64,000 nucleotides of DNA from Laetmonice hystrix (lineage: Eukaryota). The notes below the pieces were generated by a model. It saw only the letters and a program-made list of their open reading frames with translations, was not told the DNA's origin and searched no databases. This document shows, one piece after another, positions 23,101-34,483 of the stretch (the stretch's first letter is position 1; every line of letters begins with the position of its first letter). Location of the stretch: the NCBI GenBank assembly GCA_965235115.1, contig OZ249441.1, positions 7,998,001 through 8,062,000 on the forward strand, in the 5' to 3' direction. A program made the position numbers and the translations under genes.

Positions 23101-24979
23101 TACCGAAATCGACCCCCAAACTTACCGAAATGGACCTCTAGTTGTGTTTGGGAGCCCCCAAACTTTCCGAAATGGACCTCTAGTTGTGTTTGGGACCCCC
23201 AAACTTCCGAAATCGACCTCTAGTTGTGTTTGGGAGTCCCCAAACTTACGGAAATCGACCCACTCTAATTGGGTTTGGGAGCCCCCAAACTTACCGAAAT
23301 CGACCTCTAATTGGGTTTGGGAGCCCCCGAACTTACCGAAATCTGGGGGCTCACAAACACAACTAGAGGTCGATTTCGGTAAGTTTGGGGGCTCCTATAA
23401 ACCCAATTAGTGGTCGATTTCAGTAAGTTTGGGGGCTCTCAAACACAACTAGAGGTCGATTTCGGTAATTTTGGGGGTCGATTTCGGTAATTAGTCATGG
23501 GGTTTCTGGATTTCGGTATATTCCGGTAGATTTCGGTATATTCCGGTAGATTTCGGTAATTAGTCACACCCGTAGACAGTTTCCGCCCTAGTAGGAATTG
23601 GAACGAGTTGCGCATGTCCGAGACTTTGGCTCCCTTATGCCAATCTCCTACCGCAGCGTCTCAGTATCGCCAGAACTAGTCAGAGTGCAAACACCCCTGT
23701 CCACTTAAACTCGCCCTGGTCGTCCCTGGGCCCCGAACATGGATACCATTCTTGTAAGCGTGCTACACGCCAACTTGTTGTTCGCGTTTGTGATCTCTCT
23801 CTTGCATTTGCGTGTTTGATTTTGTTTTCGCGGTTTTTGTTTTGTAATTGCCGTTTTGGCGTTTGCGTTTTCTCTTTTGTTTTTGCGTTTTTGAATTTGT
23901 GGTCGTGGTTTCTGTTTTGTAATCGCCGTTCTAACTTTTGCGTTTGTGTTTTCTCTTTTGCATTCGTCGTTTTTAATTTGTAAACGTGTTTTCTCTTTTG
24001 CATTCGTCGTTTTTAATTTGTAAACGTGTTTCCTCTTTTGTAATCGTCGTTGGCACTAACCGGCCACCGTACTTATCAGCTCATTACCACAAGCAATGTA
24101 GGGGGATACTCACTGTAAAAGGTTGGTCGGCTGTAGTAATCTAATATCAGAATGAATATGGTATCTATGCTACTTCAGCATAATATAATTAGCATGTAGG
24201 GCCTATATTCTTTCTGTATTTTGGCTACTACAGTCAGCCGCGTAATCCTTGTTCAACGTCATGATTTACAAAGATCAATGACTCTAAAATATCTGCTCAT
24301 TCAAATAGCTCTTTTCTTCTATACCTGTATTTTGATTTGTGTCCTACCTGCGGTACAGATGGACAACCTGTACCGGTCGCTGTTTGTGAAGGCACTCCGG
24401 CAGTATGGTATCCTCGTCCTGGGTCTCTACCGCCTCATGGACCCTCACAGCATACATTCACGCGCCAAAAAACGTTACGTCATTACCAACCCGCCGATAG
24501 ACTTCGAGGTCCTGCCGTCAGACAAGGTGAACCGGCGGAAAATGAGGTGTAACCTCAACGCTATCAGTTATTATCAATTATAAGGAGATGGCGCTTCTAT
24601 AGGCGTCAGCCGATCCGAGTGTTATCTGATAGATTAACAGCGTCATCTTAGGACGGTATCAAACTTTGTGGAAGATGAAGCTAAAGTATAAGCTAAGATT
24701 GAGTAGGAAAGTAAGTAGGCCTTTTCAATCATTTTGCAGGTCTACTGTCTGCAGCCATACCCGCCGGAGGAGGATATGACGTCAGTAAAACAAGCCAATG
24801 GGAGCCTACAAGACTCGTCCAATCGGCAGCCGCCGCCGTATGAGTCGACATCAGACAGTTCGTCACGTGATGACCTTGAACCAATCCCTGCTGGCACGAC
24901 AGGCAAAGTGTTCGTCTCGCGCGGACGGCACACGCCATCTGCCGACGAAAACGCGAACCTCAGCGTCTCCAAGCTCTAG
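2464..24979 (+). CDS. KCNMA1-like: Divergent Slo1/BK-family Ca2+-activated potassium channel alpha subunit, about 1094 aa, spliced
   Basis: Exons with consistent phases: 2464-2715 (S0, [20 protein letters not shown]), 3319-3380, 3600-3696, 3926-4037, 5449-5600 (S4-S5, [17 protein letters not shown]), 6137-6310 or 6372-6542 (pore), 8990-9081, 9417-9527 (HIIVCGHIT), 10385-10490, 10769-10921 ([15 protein letters not shown]), 11873-12031, 13024-13136, 13997-14146, 15129-15214, 15882-15993, 18557-18695, 20102-20326 (GHVVLC..MPLR), 20553-20742, 21337-21408, 21620-21750 (calcium bowl [10 protein letters not shown]), 22098-22286, 24359-24526 (KRYVITNPP), 24740-24979 (stop). Motif order and intron positions match Slo1. 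The three linker exons between 15129 and 18695 are less certain because they rest on phase and splice signals. The ATG directly follows an AG acceptor, implying an upstream exon. Confidence 0.95.
2951..3180. mobile_element. MITE-like element, 230 bp
   Basis: 19-bp perfect terminal inverted repeat AGTGTATATTTAGCCGGCA ... TGCCGGCTAAATATACACT; no clear target-site duplication. Confidence 0.6.
4038..5212 (+). repeat. Minisatellite of about 76 bp (later about 63 bp), roughly 16 copies, built from the 3' end of Slo exon 4 plus its donor site
   Basis: Unit gtaagtgt(t/c)ca(c/t)ccacagtcagaactttatattggtcccactttggtgtccctgtatacggacagaaactggctgg; the last 46 nt or so match the end of exon 4. Confidence 0.95.
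6035..6062. repeat. (CT)n microsatellite
   Basis: Direct reading; similar CT-rich tracts at about 13830-13950, 17085-17190 and 40820-40893. Confidence 0.85.
6137..6310 (+). CDS. Slo-like pore exon, copy A (turret, pore helix, filter TVGFGD, start of S6)
   Basis: atgtag|TGCGAG...ACCTTT|gtaagt; 174 nt, phase 0-0; [58 protein letters not shown]. Confidence 0.92.
6372..6542 (+). CDS. Slo-like pore exon, copy B (filter TVGFGE)
   Basis: ttttgcag|AGTGAA...ACATTT|gtgagt; 171 nt, phase 0-0; [57 protein letters not shown]; open frame and intact splice sites. Confidence 0.9.
8122..8306. mobile_element. Short MITE-like element
   Basis: Inverted ends CAGTGGTGGATCT ... GGATCCGCCACTG; the same CAGTGGCGGATCC end recurs at about 22920. 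Confidence 0.6.
8429..8676. mobile_element. MITE-like dispersed repeat, copy 1
   Basis: Inverted ends GCCGGATGCAAGGAC ... GTTCTTGCATCCGGC; the internal sequence recurs at 17431-17677. Confidence 0.7.
8763..8973. repeat. 21-bp minisatellite, about 10 copies, ending just before the exon 7 acceptor
   Basis: Unit gaatattattggtgatagttt. Confidence 0.92.
11107..11872 (+). repeat. Minisatellite of 38-41 bp, about 19 copies, built from the acceptor and first codons of Slo exon 11
   Basis: Unit ttgtatttcccc(a/c)gggataggcctacctccttcacaaacg; the true junction is ttgtatttccccag|GGATACCTCCTACAC. Confidence 0.93.
12110..12685. mobile_element. MITE-like element, Kolobok-type termini, longer copy
   Basis: About 30-bp inverted ends GCAATCAGCGAGTATCTCTCATTTCAATGA ... 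TCATTGAAATAAGAGATACTCGCTGATTGC; related to 37433-37666. Confidence 0.65.
12938..12994 (+). pseudogene. Partial tandem duplicate of the acceptor and first third of Slo exon 12
   Basis: ttttcag|ATAAGGAACACCCGGTTATGGCAAGACCTATATCGGTGTGTGGTAGGCAATGGTTAG reads [18 protein letters not shown] against the true exon [18 protein letters not shown]; it aligns without gaps and ends in a stop. Confidence 0.7.
14308..14491. mobile_element. PIF/Harbinger-like MITE
   Basis: TAA|aGGGCCTGATC ... GATCAGGCCCg|TAA: inverted ends with a TAA duplication on both sides. Confidence 0.6.
15390..15861. repeat. 32-bp minisatellite, becoming a 63-bp dimer at the 3' end, ending about 20 bp before the exon 15 acceptor
   Basis: Unit gatgagaacccttgctgccatagtaactgttt. 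Confidence 0.92.
17214..17307. repeat. 31-bp tandem repeat, 3 copies
   Basis: Unit cttctcgccagctctacatgagggcattacg. Confidence 0.85.
17431..17677. mobile_element. MITE-like dispersed repeat, copy 2 (right end degraded)
   Basis: Clear similarity to 8429-8650, including the shared ccttatttcgctggccaagcacaatagaattcagttaaacatgact. Confidence 0.65.
21976..22097 (+). repeat. About 52-bp tandem duplication that includes copies of the exon 21 acceptor
   Basis: ttttattg(a/c)cccgtaccag occurs three times; the last is the acceptor used. Confidence 0.85.
22370..24069. mobile_element. 1.7-kb non-autonomous DNA transposon flanked by TA, with inverted subterminal A-rich arrays and nested inserts
   Basis: TA|CGGTGGCCGATTAGTGCCAACGACGA ... 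TCGTCGTTGGCACTAACCGGCCACCG|TA; A-rich array 22385-22580 mirrored by T-rich array at about 23780-24050; no transposase ORF. Confidence 0.8.
23040..23570. mobile_element. Nested foldback/palindromic element, about 530 bp
   Basis: GGTGTGACTAATTACCGAAATCTACCG ... CGGTAGATTTCGGTAATTAGTCACACC, with internal tandem units mirrored on the right arm. Confidence 0.75.
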
Positions 24980-26631
24980 AACTACACACCTCTAACGAAT
25001 TCACAGATGTCGACGATACCTGTAGGCATATGAAAAATCCGACAGGTCCAGAGACATAGGAAAGGGGACAGGGTAGGCCTATATCGGGACAGTAGAAGAC
25101 GTGAAAAAAGTCTCTAGTAATACGATACAGGATTGAGCGAGAATATTTCCGGGGCACTGAGACAGCTGGAGTATGACTGACAAGTCTAGAAACGTGCTGA
25201 ACATAGGTGAACTTGCCAAAGTCTCTCAGGAGAGCAGGGGTTAAGATTAACACCCCCTGTCGTAGGAAGGTGACCGGAGGTTCCGAGAAAGAGGGAAAAT
25301 GATCGCCTTATGTTTTCCAATGTTACGAGCTCTGTTACATGGGATTCGGTGAGACAATTCAAAGTCTTTATTATGAGTCTATACTTTTTCAGACCCGTCT
25401 TTAATAGCCGCCTGGAAGTGAAGGAAACTTCATGTTACTGATACCTGTGGCTCCCCCTAGTCGATGGCAGGTGCCCGTCCATGAGTTGGAACGCTAGGAC
25501 TCAACGCCATCTTGCGGGTCTCAGAGACACCGAGAGGTTTTTCAGTAAACGTCATGCAGGAAGATACACCTGTAATTTGTGAACCTAATCCCGATGGTAT
25601 CTAAAGATTGACTCAGGACATTGCAGGTGTAATGTTAGTTTAATCGCAATCGGAACTTTTTGAACAATCATATTCTACCTTTTTTATGTGCTTGTAGAAC
25701 ACATGAGGTCTCCCCATAAGCCCTGTTCAATGGAGAATGGGTCAAACGTCATACTTATTGCATACATGAGTTCTTTGCATTTTGAAAGAGGCCAGGACAA
25801 TCCCATATTATAATAGACGGACTTCATGACATGAAAATTATTGTAATCCTCATCGTGTATATTTCATATGTATATAATCACCATCTATTGCTGTAAAATA
25901 TATGTAGTTAGTCAAAGAAAGCTGTGAGATAGGTTTTCACTCAAAGGGCCATTACATCAATAATGGAAAATAGAAACTCATCAAAGGGGTTTTCAAAAGA
26001 AAGAAACGTAATTATAAACAAGATACATGTATATGAAAGCAAGCTTGGTAGAGCTCCGAAGCCGTTATCATATTACACATGTATACACCGAACCGTAGGA
26101 CATGTAGTGTAAACATACTTAGATGTGGGAGAGAAATTCACGAGGACAGGTGTATTTTAAAATATCTCTTTGCCTCCAAACAGGCGGTGGTGTTATACCG
26201 AGTAGCCTATGTACATCCCATTGGATACACGGACTACCTATCTGTATAGGCCTACCATTGCTACCCCCATTTATACATTTCCATCCATGACTGTATGGGG
26301 GACTGTCTGGTAGGGATGAGGCAGTGTGTAATCAACAAGGCGAGGCCTGGTCTGTATAAGGATAGACGGTGGACAGACACTACTGTAAACTGTAGTTATG
26401 AGCCATCGTATTGTGATTCTATACGGACAAGTAAGAGTTAGAAAATAATGCGTGCACTATATACATCTATACCATATAAACTGTCATCATTTTATAATAC
26501 ACGCCGCACAGAGCACACACCGGCAGACACACATGGGCATCATCATTTTATAAAATGTAGTATGATAATAGAATGCACAAAATAAATATTATATATGTTT
26601 TAAAACGGTCTCACTCCTTAATTAACACTCG

Positions 26632-27235
26632 TCAACACATCTATAGACCGTAGATCTGACAGTGAGAAGCATGTCACTACCTATCAATACATCTATAGAA
26701 TAGACCATAGATCTGACAGTGAGAAGCATGTCACTACCTATCAACACATCTATAGACCATAGACCTGACAGTGAGAAGCATGTCACTACCTATCAACACA
26801 TCTATAGACCATAGACCTGACAGTGAGAAGCATGTCACTACCTATCAACACATCTATAGACCATAGACCTGACAGTGAGAAGCATGTCACTACCTATCAA
26901 CACATCTATAGACCATAGACCTGACAGTGAGAAGCATGTCACTACCTATCAACACATCTATAGAATAGACCATAGACCTGACAGTGAGAAGCATGTCACT
27001 ACCTATCAACACATCTATAGACCATAGACCTGACAGTGAGAAGCATGTCACTACCTATCAACACATCTATAGACCATAGACCTGACAGTGAGAAGCATGT
27101 CACTACCTATCAACACATCTATAGACCATAGACCTGACAGTGAGAAGCATGTCACTACCTATCAACACATCTATAGAATAGACCATAGACCTGACAGTGA
27201 GAAGCATGTCACTACCTATCAACACATCTATAGAC
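26632..27235. repeat. 52-bp minisatellite, about 11 copies, between genes 1 and 2
   Basis: Unit acatctatagaccatagacctgacagtgagaagcatgtcactacctatcaac. Confidence 0.93.
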
Positions 27236-27975
27236 CCCCCTGTGTCCACACAGGTGGACATCTCCTCCCCAAATTTCATCCAGATATCTCAAAAACTCAC
27301 CGAGTATTGCCTTAAAACTACCTAAATGAGACACAACCGTGCAAGATGTTGCAAAAAAATAAAAGAAAAGAAAACATTCCCATTCCACATGAAAGAGAAG
27401 AGGGGCAATCTATTAAACTGGAAACCCGACATTTCAGAATTCCGCTCCTCATTCAGAAATGTCGGGTTTCCCATGGTATGGTGTCAGAATAATAGTCTAG
27501 AACTAAAAAAATGCAAGATTCACGTTTCAAGTTACGAGTATATTGCCTTACAACTACCCCCCCCCCCCCCAATCCCCCCTGCCCCTCTCCACCGTCCCAT
27601 TGGCCATCCCCCAGTCTCCCCGCACCTCGAGCCACCCTCCCACCGGCCTTTCCCTGCCGTCCCTCCGGCTTGCTCCCACACATCAAACAGGTACCGACCA
27701 GACCCTTTGCGTATCATGCCGTGGCCGAACTCTGTATATACAGGTTTACTACAATAACCAATGTACTCTTCCCCATGACCGTTCACACACTTCACTAAAC
27801 ATACAAAGCGCCTCAGGCAATGAGTAGTTTTTTTGGCTGGGGATTGGCCTGAGGCATGGAAGGCAAAGTTGTGGAAGTTTGTTTGGGGTTGGTCATTGTG
27901 TGAAACGGAGTGATGGTGAAAGGTTGGAACGAGAATGGATACAGAGTGACCAGTCAGGTTAGCAGACAACGAGAG

Positions 27976-30900
27976 ATGGTATCAATACTTACTGGTATAC
28001 TTACCATCGCCATGGTTCACAGCTATCCACGTGGCCGAGAAGGTAAGGTATAGATGTGTATTATAATAACGGACCAATCTAGCCTCCGTCAAATCACCGC
28101 GTAGGCTTTTTGCAAAATAATAACTTTCCCACATAATTTGTGTGCAGGCGTTCGGGATAGCATAGGGATACGATATGGATATGTTGTGGGGAGATGTAGG
28201 GACCGGGGTTAGGGGTTAGGGATAAGGTCATGGCTATGTATCTTTACTTTCGACCAAATTTCGTGGGGTTTAATTTATCATGGGCGATCATGTAGCGGTT
28301 TTTGTCACTGGATCTCATGGTGGCCATGGTTTGTTTGTAGCGCTGTCAGTCGTGTCCCGTCACGCATGCCTCTCCTCCTCAGCTCCCACTGTCGACATCA
28401 CCCTGACCTGTCAGACACCGGGTACTCACGTCACCATCCTCAGGATCCTGTACGGATCCAACCCTCGCGGCGTCTGTTCACCAACTCCTGATGGCTGTGT
28501 GGAGGAACGGAGACCCCCACCCCTCCAGTCTCCCGGTCACTGCGGGCGCCGGGTTCGAACCCTGCGGGCCCGGCGGGAGGTTCTCTCCGCCTGCGCCTAC
28601 TCATGGCCAACCTCCTACGTCAAGATCATCTATACATGTCGCCGAGGTTAGTTTAACATTATAAATCACAAATTAAACTTGCATCAACTCTGGGATTAGG
28701 CCGGGGTTAGACCTATAGGAATGGTCTACGATCAGAGTATGGTGCATGGACCTCTTCAAAATATTCATAATAATATAGGCCTATTTGAGTATTTCGTGAA
28801 TCTTCTTATCTTTTCACTTCTTACGCCTAGGTCTACAGATCTAGATATTTCGCAGCCTATTGGGTAACTAATTATCTAGGACTGGCTTAACTATATTTCT
28901 AGATATCACCCTAAATTGCCACCAAAGGGCAGCCAGCTGGACGGCTCAACAACACATGAACCCCAGCGTAGAAGTCCTGGATCACCTGTTGCCGTCAAGA
29001 AACCACTCTCTCCATGAACAAAACGACCAGTCCAAAACACTCGTCTCCCACGACAATGAAACCAAACGACCCCGGGCCCAGACAGTCATTCCCATCGGAC
29101 CGCGCCAGCCACCTGTTCACCCTGGCGGCCAAAAACGGAACTTACTCAAAGCGCCCGAGGCGCCCTCTTACATGTCCCGGGGAGTTACGCCGCCCGAGCA
29201 GACACACAGACAGACTTTCAAGTCCACTGAACACGAGGCGAAAATAACCGTTTCAGCAGCAATTCCCGGAGGCGAAAAAAACATTATAAACGGTTCTCCC
29301 ATCGACGGTGACAGTGGCTCTAGTGTTTTAGCGAAGGAAAAGGGCGCGTCGACGATTATTGTTGCGGAAATCGCTCCCACGTCTCAACCATCGCGAACCC
29401 GGACCGTTTTAACTGGAGGCAACCCCAACACTGCGACCTCAGAAAACACAGGCTCAGTCGGCCTACGTCACCGGGACATTCCTTCCCGGATGGAGGAGGT
29501 ACCCGTGAATACTTACCCAGACAGAGATAGGTTTCCCTCAGCCGTGGAAGACGTTGGTGTGCCGTCTAAACCACCACCACGGGTCCATACACGAGTTCCT
29601 GCTGAGGCTCCAAGCGCGACGCCGAGACGAGGACTTGTGATGACGTCATCAAAGTCTCGCGGGTTCTCAGAGGGCAGGCCGAGGTCACAGCCAGTTAGTA
29701 GGTCTGGAGCGGTGCCGTATGGTCTAACTAGGCCCTCTACGTTTTCTCTGCTCGACCTAACCCGCAGAAACTCTTTCACGTCAAATGGCGAGACTGTTGA
29801 AAAGACATCAGGGTTTAATTTTGCATCCTCCAGTTTTGCATACAATAAAAGCATCATTGACGGCAAAGATAGCGTTTCGTTGGATCCAGAAATTGGCAAT
29901 AATCAGCCAAAACAAGTGGAGACTCTACTGAGTAAGGACTCATACTAGGCTACTTCATTAGGCCTATAGCATGCCCGCTATGCTATTCTTGTAGGCCTAT
30001 AGGCCTATTGTAAAATCTCGCCGATTTATGATGAAATCAGCCTGATTGATAGGCCAAGCTGTAATCAGTCATTTTCTGCTCACAGAAACCACAGTTCTGG
30101 TAGCTACAGGCGAGGCTGTGATCATCCTCGTCTTGGTCGTATCATTGGGCTTCAACTGCATTGTCAGCAGGTAGGGCCTACGTACATCCCTGCCAGTAAA
30201 ATAGTAGGCCCTATCTCTAGGCCTAGCCTGTAGGCCCATCTGGCTATTTATTTATGTATTTATTTATCTTTTTCTTTATTTACTTACATATATGTATTTA
30301 TTTTTATTCATTTAGGCCTATGCTATCCACTTGCAGTAATTGTCCCATAACCTGTTTGTTAAAACTGTTAAGTTTAATGGCTCCTCAAACGGATTTACAG
30401 GCAAAGACGAGAGACCGTCCACGACAGCTACCCAGCACAATCGTCACGACAGTCTCACCCGGAGCCTCCGACAGCCAAACAACCGACCAGGGCCATCATC
30501 AGCTCCCCCTATCGACAAATCAAAACACTACGCGACTTTTATAAAGGCAACAACCGGAAATACCCCGTGAAATGCACCCGACCGCCACCGACGCATCGCC
30601 CATTCCGAACGGGGCATTTTGTTAAACATAAAAGCCCGTATGTAGAAAAGGAACGGGCAATCTCTGGATCAAGACACCAGGCGGCGCCACAAACTCACGT
30701 CAAGGTCAGCTATCCAGGCGTGCGACCTTTCTGTATAAACATGGCGCCAGGGCGGCTGCCGCGTCGTGTTTTATACGAGGAAGCATGTACGCCGTTTAAT
30801 ATCCCAACAAACGCTGGAGATGAGGTTACTAGAACCTATACAGTGATAAACAAACCGTTTTTTAGACCAACAACACTAGTTAGGCCTAAGACTGATGTGG

Positions 30901-31106
30901 ATGTGGCGAATCGTCCACCTACCGTGGCACCACCTAGCGATGAAGAGAACTATTTTGCCGCCAGGGACTGTCTTCCAGTAGAGGGCTCTCGGATAGCAGT
31001 CAGGACTTGGCCGAGGCCGCCTCGGGCGCCAATAACATGGAATATACCACCTGCCGTTTTACAGTCAGGCGGGGCTTGTGGATTTGAGATGCGCTCTTCA
31101 ATGTGA
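27976..31106 (+). CDS. Type I single-pass membrane protein: signal peptide, SUEL/Gal-lectin-like domain, S/T/P-rich stalk, TM helix, Tyr-motif cytoplasmic tail (about 730 aa)
   Basis: Exons 27976-28042 (MVSILTGILTIAMVHSYPRGRE), 28341-28646 (HAC..ITLTC..LYGSNPRGVC..C..C..C..TSYVKIIYTC), 28903-29931 (contains the 330-aa ORF, donor CTGA|gtaagg), 30086-30170 (VLVATGEAVIILVLVVSLGFNCIV), 30401-31106 (RQRRE juxtamembrane, in frame with ORF 30567-31106). Phases 1,1,1,2 all join in one frame. Confidence 0.78.
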
Positions 31107-31209
31107 AAGGGCCTAGGCCCTACATAGCCTGTGTTTTGAACAGGGCCTACCTGCACATGTCTAGACATATAAATATTTGTAGCCTAGGCCCCTATATTCC
31201 CGCCTGGAA

Positions 31210-31215
31210 AATAAA
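31210..31215 (+). promoter_or_regulatory. Candidate polyadenylation signal of gene 2
   Basis: AATAAA about 100 nt after the stop at 31106; supported by position only. Confidence 0.35.
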
Positions 31216-32835
31216 ACACTGTGGCGAATGTAATAGTAGGCGAGAGGGCATGTGTCCATTCTCGTGAAATGTTGTGGTCCCGCCCTGGAACATTTGGAAG
31301 TCTAGACTATATATCATGGTTCTGAAATCATTTCGTACCGGTCGGGGGAATTTTAATCACGTGCCCAACTGGTAACTGAAAGAGGATTGGAAAGTGACCC
31401 GAACCCAACTGGATGGTATGCTGTGGCTATGAGTCAACTTCAGTGGAACGTTGTGAATTTACTCCTAGTCATGATTCCATGTAAGGGCAGGCTGCGAACA
31501 ATTCAATTTTTGCCATGGTAATGATGGACCCTGCAATGTTAAATTGAGATGACAATATGTTAGACGGATTGAACTTGTGAAGGCATGCATTCTTCTCGTA
31601 ATAGATCTCTTGACTTCAATTTTACAAATGGAAGGAGGAGGGGCTAGGAAGAAATTAGCATTCAGTTGATCAATATTAACTTCCACCAGAGCGGTGGCAC
31701 TGACTACATCATGATGCCCCACTTGATAGTTCAAAGGGATTGGCCCTACTGGCACTGTACATAACACCATTATATTGGTCGTGTACGGTCAATGGTTTCC
31801 ACGTTAATAGGTCATAGGGCACGACATCATGTCCTGGATGTTTAACTTTGTTGTCATGTCATAAACTGCCATATTCCTTTCATAGGCGGACCCATGCAGG
31901 GGGCTAGGGGGTTAAGACCCCACATTTGGCACAAATTTCTCTCCTTTTCGTAAATACAACTTTATTAATAGCATTGCCCAAACTTTACCCGATTTCCCCC
32001 TGCCCCGTCCCACCCCTCCTTCCTGGATCTGAATTTCCGGTTTTTACCTGTTCAATTTGTCCTTATATTAGGCCTATAGGCTTATAGTCAGGGTTGGGGA
32101 AGTTTGGTTAGGTAAACTCAAAGGGGGGTTTATACTCTTCACTATACTGCTTCCAAACAACTGCAAAATTGAGGCATGGATGTTATATGCGTATATCATG
32201 CGTAAAATGGAAGAGGGCCATTTAACGCCATACTAGCTGCCCAAGGGTCAAAAAGTGACAGTAAAACCAATCAGATTGCAATGTCGGCCGCCATCAGCTG
32301 ATGAGAGTGGGCGACAAGATTTTACCGTGACGTTGGCGTGACGGAATTCGGCATGAGTGAGCACCTCAAGCGCCACCAAGCGGCAGCCATAGACAGCAAA
32401 CCATGCCATGGCCATGAAGTCATGTACACGCGGGCAGTTGGTTCCGGGCAGTAGGTCCCAGAGCCCGCCAGGGGGAGCTAGTGTCACCATTCCGCACTTT
32501 TTGATTGTCCTGTGATCGGAGCGACAAACATGAGAACAACACCGCATCCCGAGCCGCGAAGAGCGCTCCCCTTTCCTCTCTCGTCGTGTTCATATTTTTT
32601 ACTGTCCTGGAACCCTCCAAAGATCCATGTCATCTCTCTTAATTAAAAAACTACATCAGTACGTGTGCAGCATTCTGTTCCTCTCGTGAGAACGGAACAA
32701 CAGCTGTTCTCTCGCTATGTTGAACCAAACATAAACTTGTACCATAGGGTCGTACGTAGATATAGAATCTGACATAGGCCTCCAACCGACAGCCATTATG
32801 TTTTTTAACTTTTCAAGCAAAAAAAACACCTCCGA

Positions 32836-33177
32836 ATAAACTAAGCCTAGAACACTCACTCACAAAACATTCTCATTGATACACTCGACGTTCATAAACT
32901 AAGCCTAGAACACTCACTCACAAAACACTCTCATTGATACACTCGACGTTCATAAACTAAGCCTAGAACACTCACTCACAAAACACTCATTGATACACTA
33001 GACGTTCATAAACTAAGCCTAGAACACTCACTCACAAAACATTCATTGATACACTCGACGTTCATTTAACTAAGCCTAGAACACTCACAAAACACTCTCA
33101 TTGATACACTCGACGTTCATAAACTAAGCCTAGAACACTCACTCACAAAACATTCTCATTGATACACTCGACGTTCA
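32836..33177. repeat. About 58-bp minisatellite, 6 copies
   Basis: Unit taaactaagcctagaacactcactcacaaaacattctcattgatacactcgacgttca. Confidence 0.92.
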
Positions 33178-34483
33178 ACCACCAGTACTTTATGGCTGAT
33201 CCAATATAACTTAAAGCCTCAGTAGAGATCCATGTACATATTCCATAATGAGGTATTTGCATATTGTGTTCTGTCCATGATACTAAAAAGTGTCAAGGTC
33301 TATACCGTAGCGTGCACAGGGCCATGGCTTCGCATCCCTATCGGCCTATAGCTATCTGAACAAATACGTTTCGATATGACTTATCCATGCGTACGTCGTT
33401 CCATATCTATGTGTAAGGGTGAAAAGTTTGAGTCTGAGAAAAATTGGTTCAAGTCGCCAAGACCCAAAAATCTTCTTTGGGTATAATGAAAGCGGCGTTT
33501 GTAGATTCCGTATTCAGTGAGTGCAAGCCTCGCCCGTCCCCTTGACGCCTCTCTGTCTCCTCCACCCGTTATATTAACAATTATGAACAATTGCCAATCA
33601 GTGCCACCTTGTGGATGAGCAGAACATTAGGATGGCGATTACTGTATTAGTATGTAGAGCTGGGTCTTGTATGTAGTTGATATGAATATAAAATACTGGT
33701 AAGTAAGTCATGGGACCTATAGGATCGTATGTAAATCATGCCCAGCGGATAGACATGTTGGGAGTTGCTGTGCCCGTGTGGACATGTTCAGAGGCTTGGT
33801 TTGTGTCGGCGCCAAGCTTTGTGACAGGCTGCCACCCCTCCCAGCATCAAAGGTTCACAGCCAGAGAACATGGGTCTACCTGGAAGGTAGCGAAATGATA
33901 CAATCCTTTCCAGCCTCCCTACATCACCGCTCATCATGCATGGCGACCGGCTAACCCACACTCAGCCCACACTCAGGACCTTTTAACGAGCGCTGTGGCT
34001 TCAATACCAAAAATGCCCCCAGGCAAATTATGAACCTCATGCCTCAGGCCCTTTGTATGCAAAGTAGCCTCCTGAACGGCCCAACGTCAGTCCACACAGT
34101 GCAACTGGACGTCATAACTCGAGTCGTCCATCTCACGCCCTCAACATTTTCTATTCGTTTCGTTTGACACACTAAGTCAGCATGTATTTTCAAGGGCGGA
34201 GGCGACATAGGGTTGAACAGGAGGTGTAGGTTCCGTGCCGGCGATGACTTACGCCGGAAATATTGAAGGTGTGGTTTAGGCGTTCTAAAAGGGCAAAACT
34301 AGTTGAAAACTTACGCCCAGGACACAATATGGCGAGGCTCCGAGGCCGACATACGTGAATAGACGTTTTCGACACCATTTTTATCATCATTTGGATTTAG
34401 CCGTGAAGGGAAATATTGCTTTTTCGACCGTATTCCGTGGAGTACCCTCACTGGTGACGCCAATCAGAAGGAAACATATCACC

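Noticed and set aside
24968-24979. C-terminal SKL as a peroxisomal PTS1 signal
   Set aside because: PTS1 imports soluble matrix proteins and is not meaningful for a polytopic channel; it is kept only as a possible PDZ ligand.
28549-28562. Pol III B-box-like GGTTCGAACCC
   Set aside because: It lies inside a coding exon with no A-box or cloverleaf, so it is not a tRNA or SINE.
28956-29948. Stand-alone intronless 330-aa gene
   Set aside because: It is better explained as an internal exon (acceptor at 28902, donor at 29932) of the SUEL-TM gene; the ORF's own ATG and stop are incidental.
34460-34464. CCAAT box upstream of gene 3
   Set aside because: It is only about 20 nt before the ATG, too close for a promoter CCAAT, and the transcription start is unknown.
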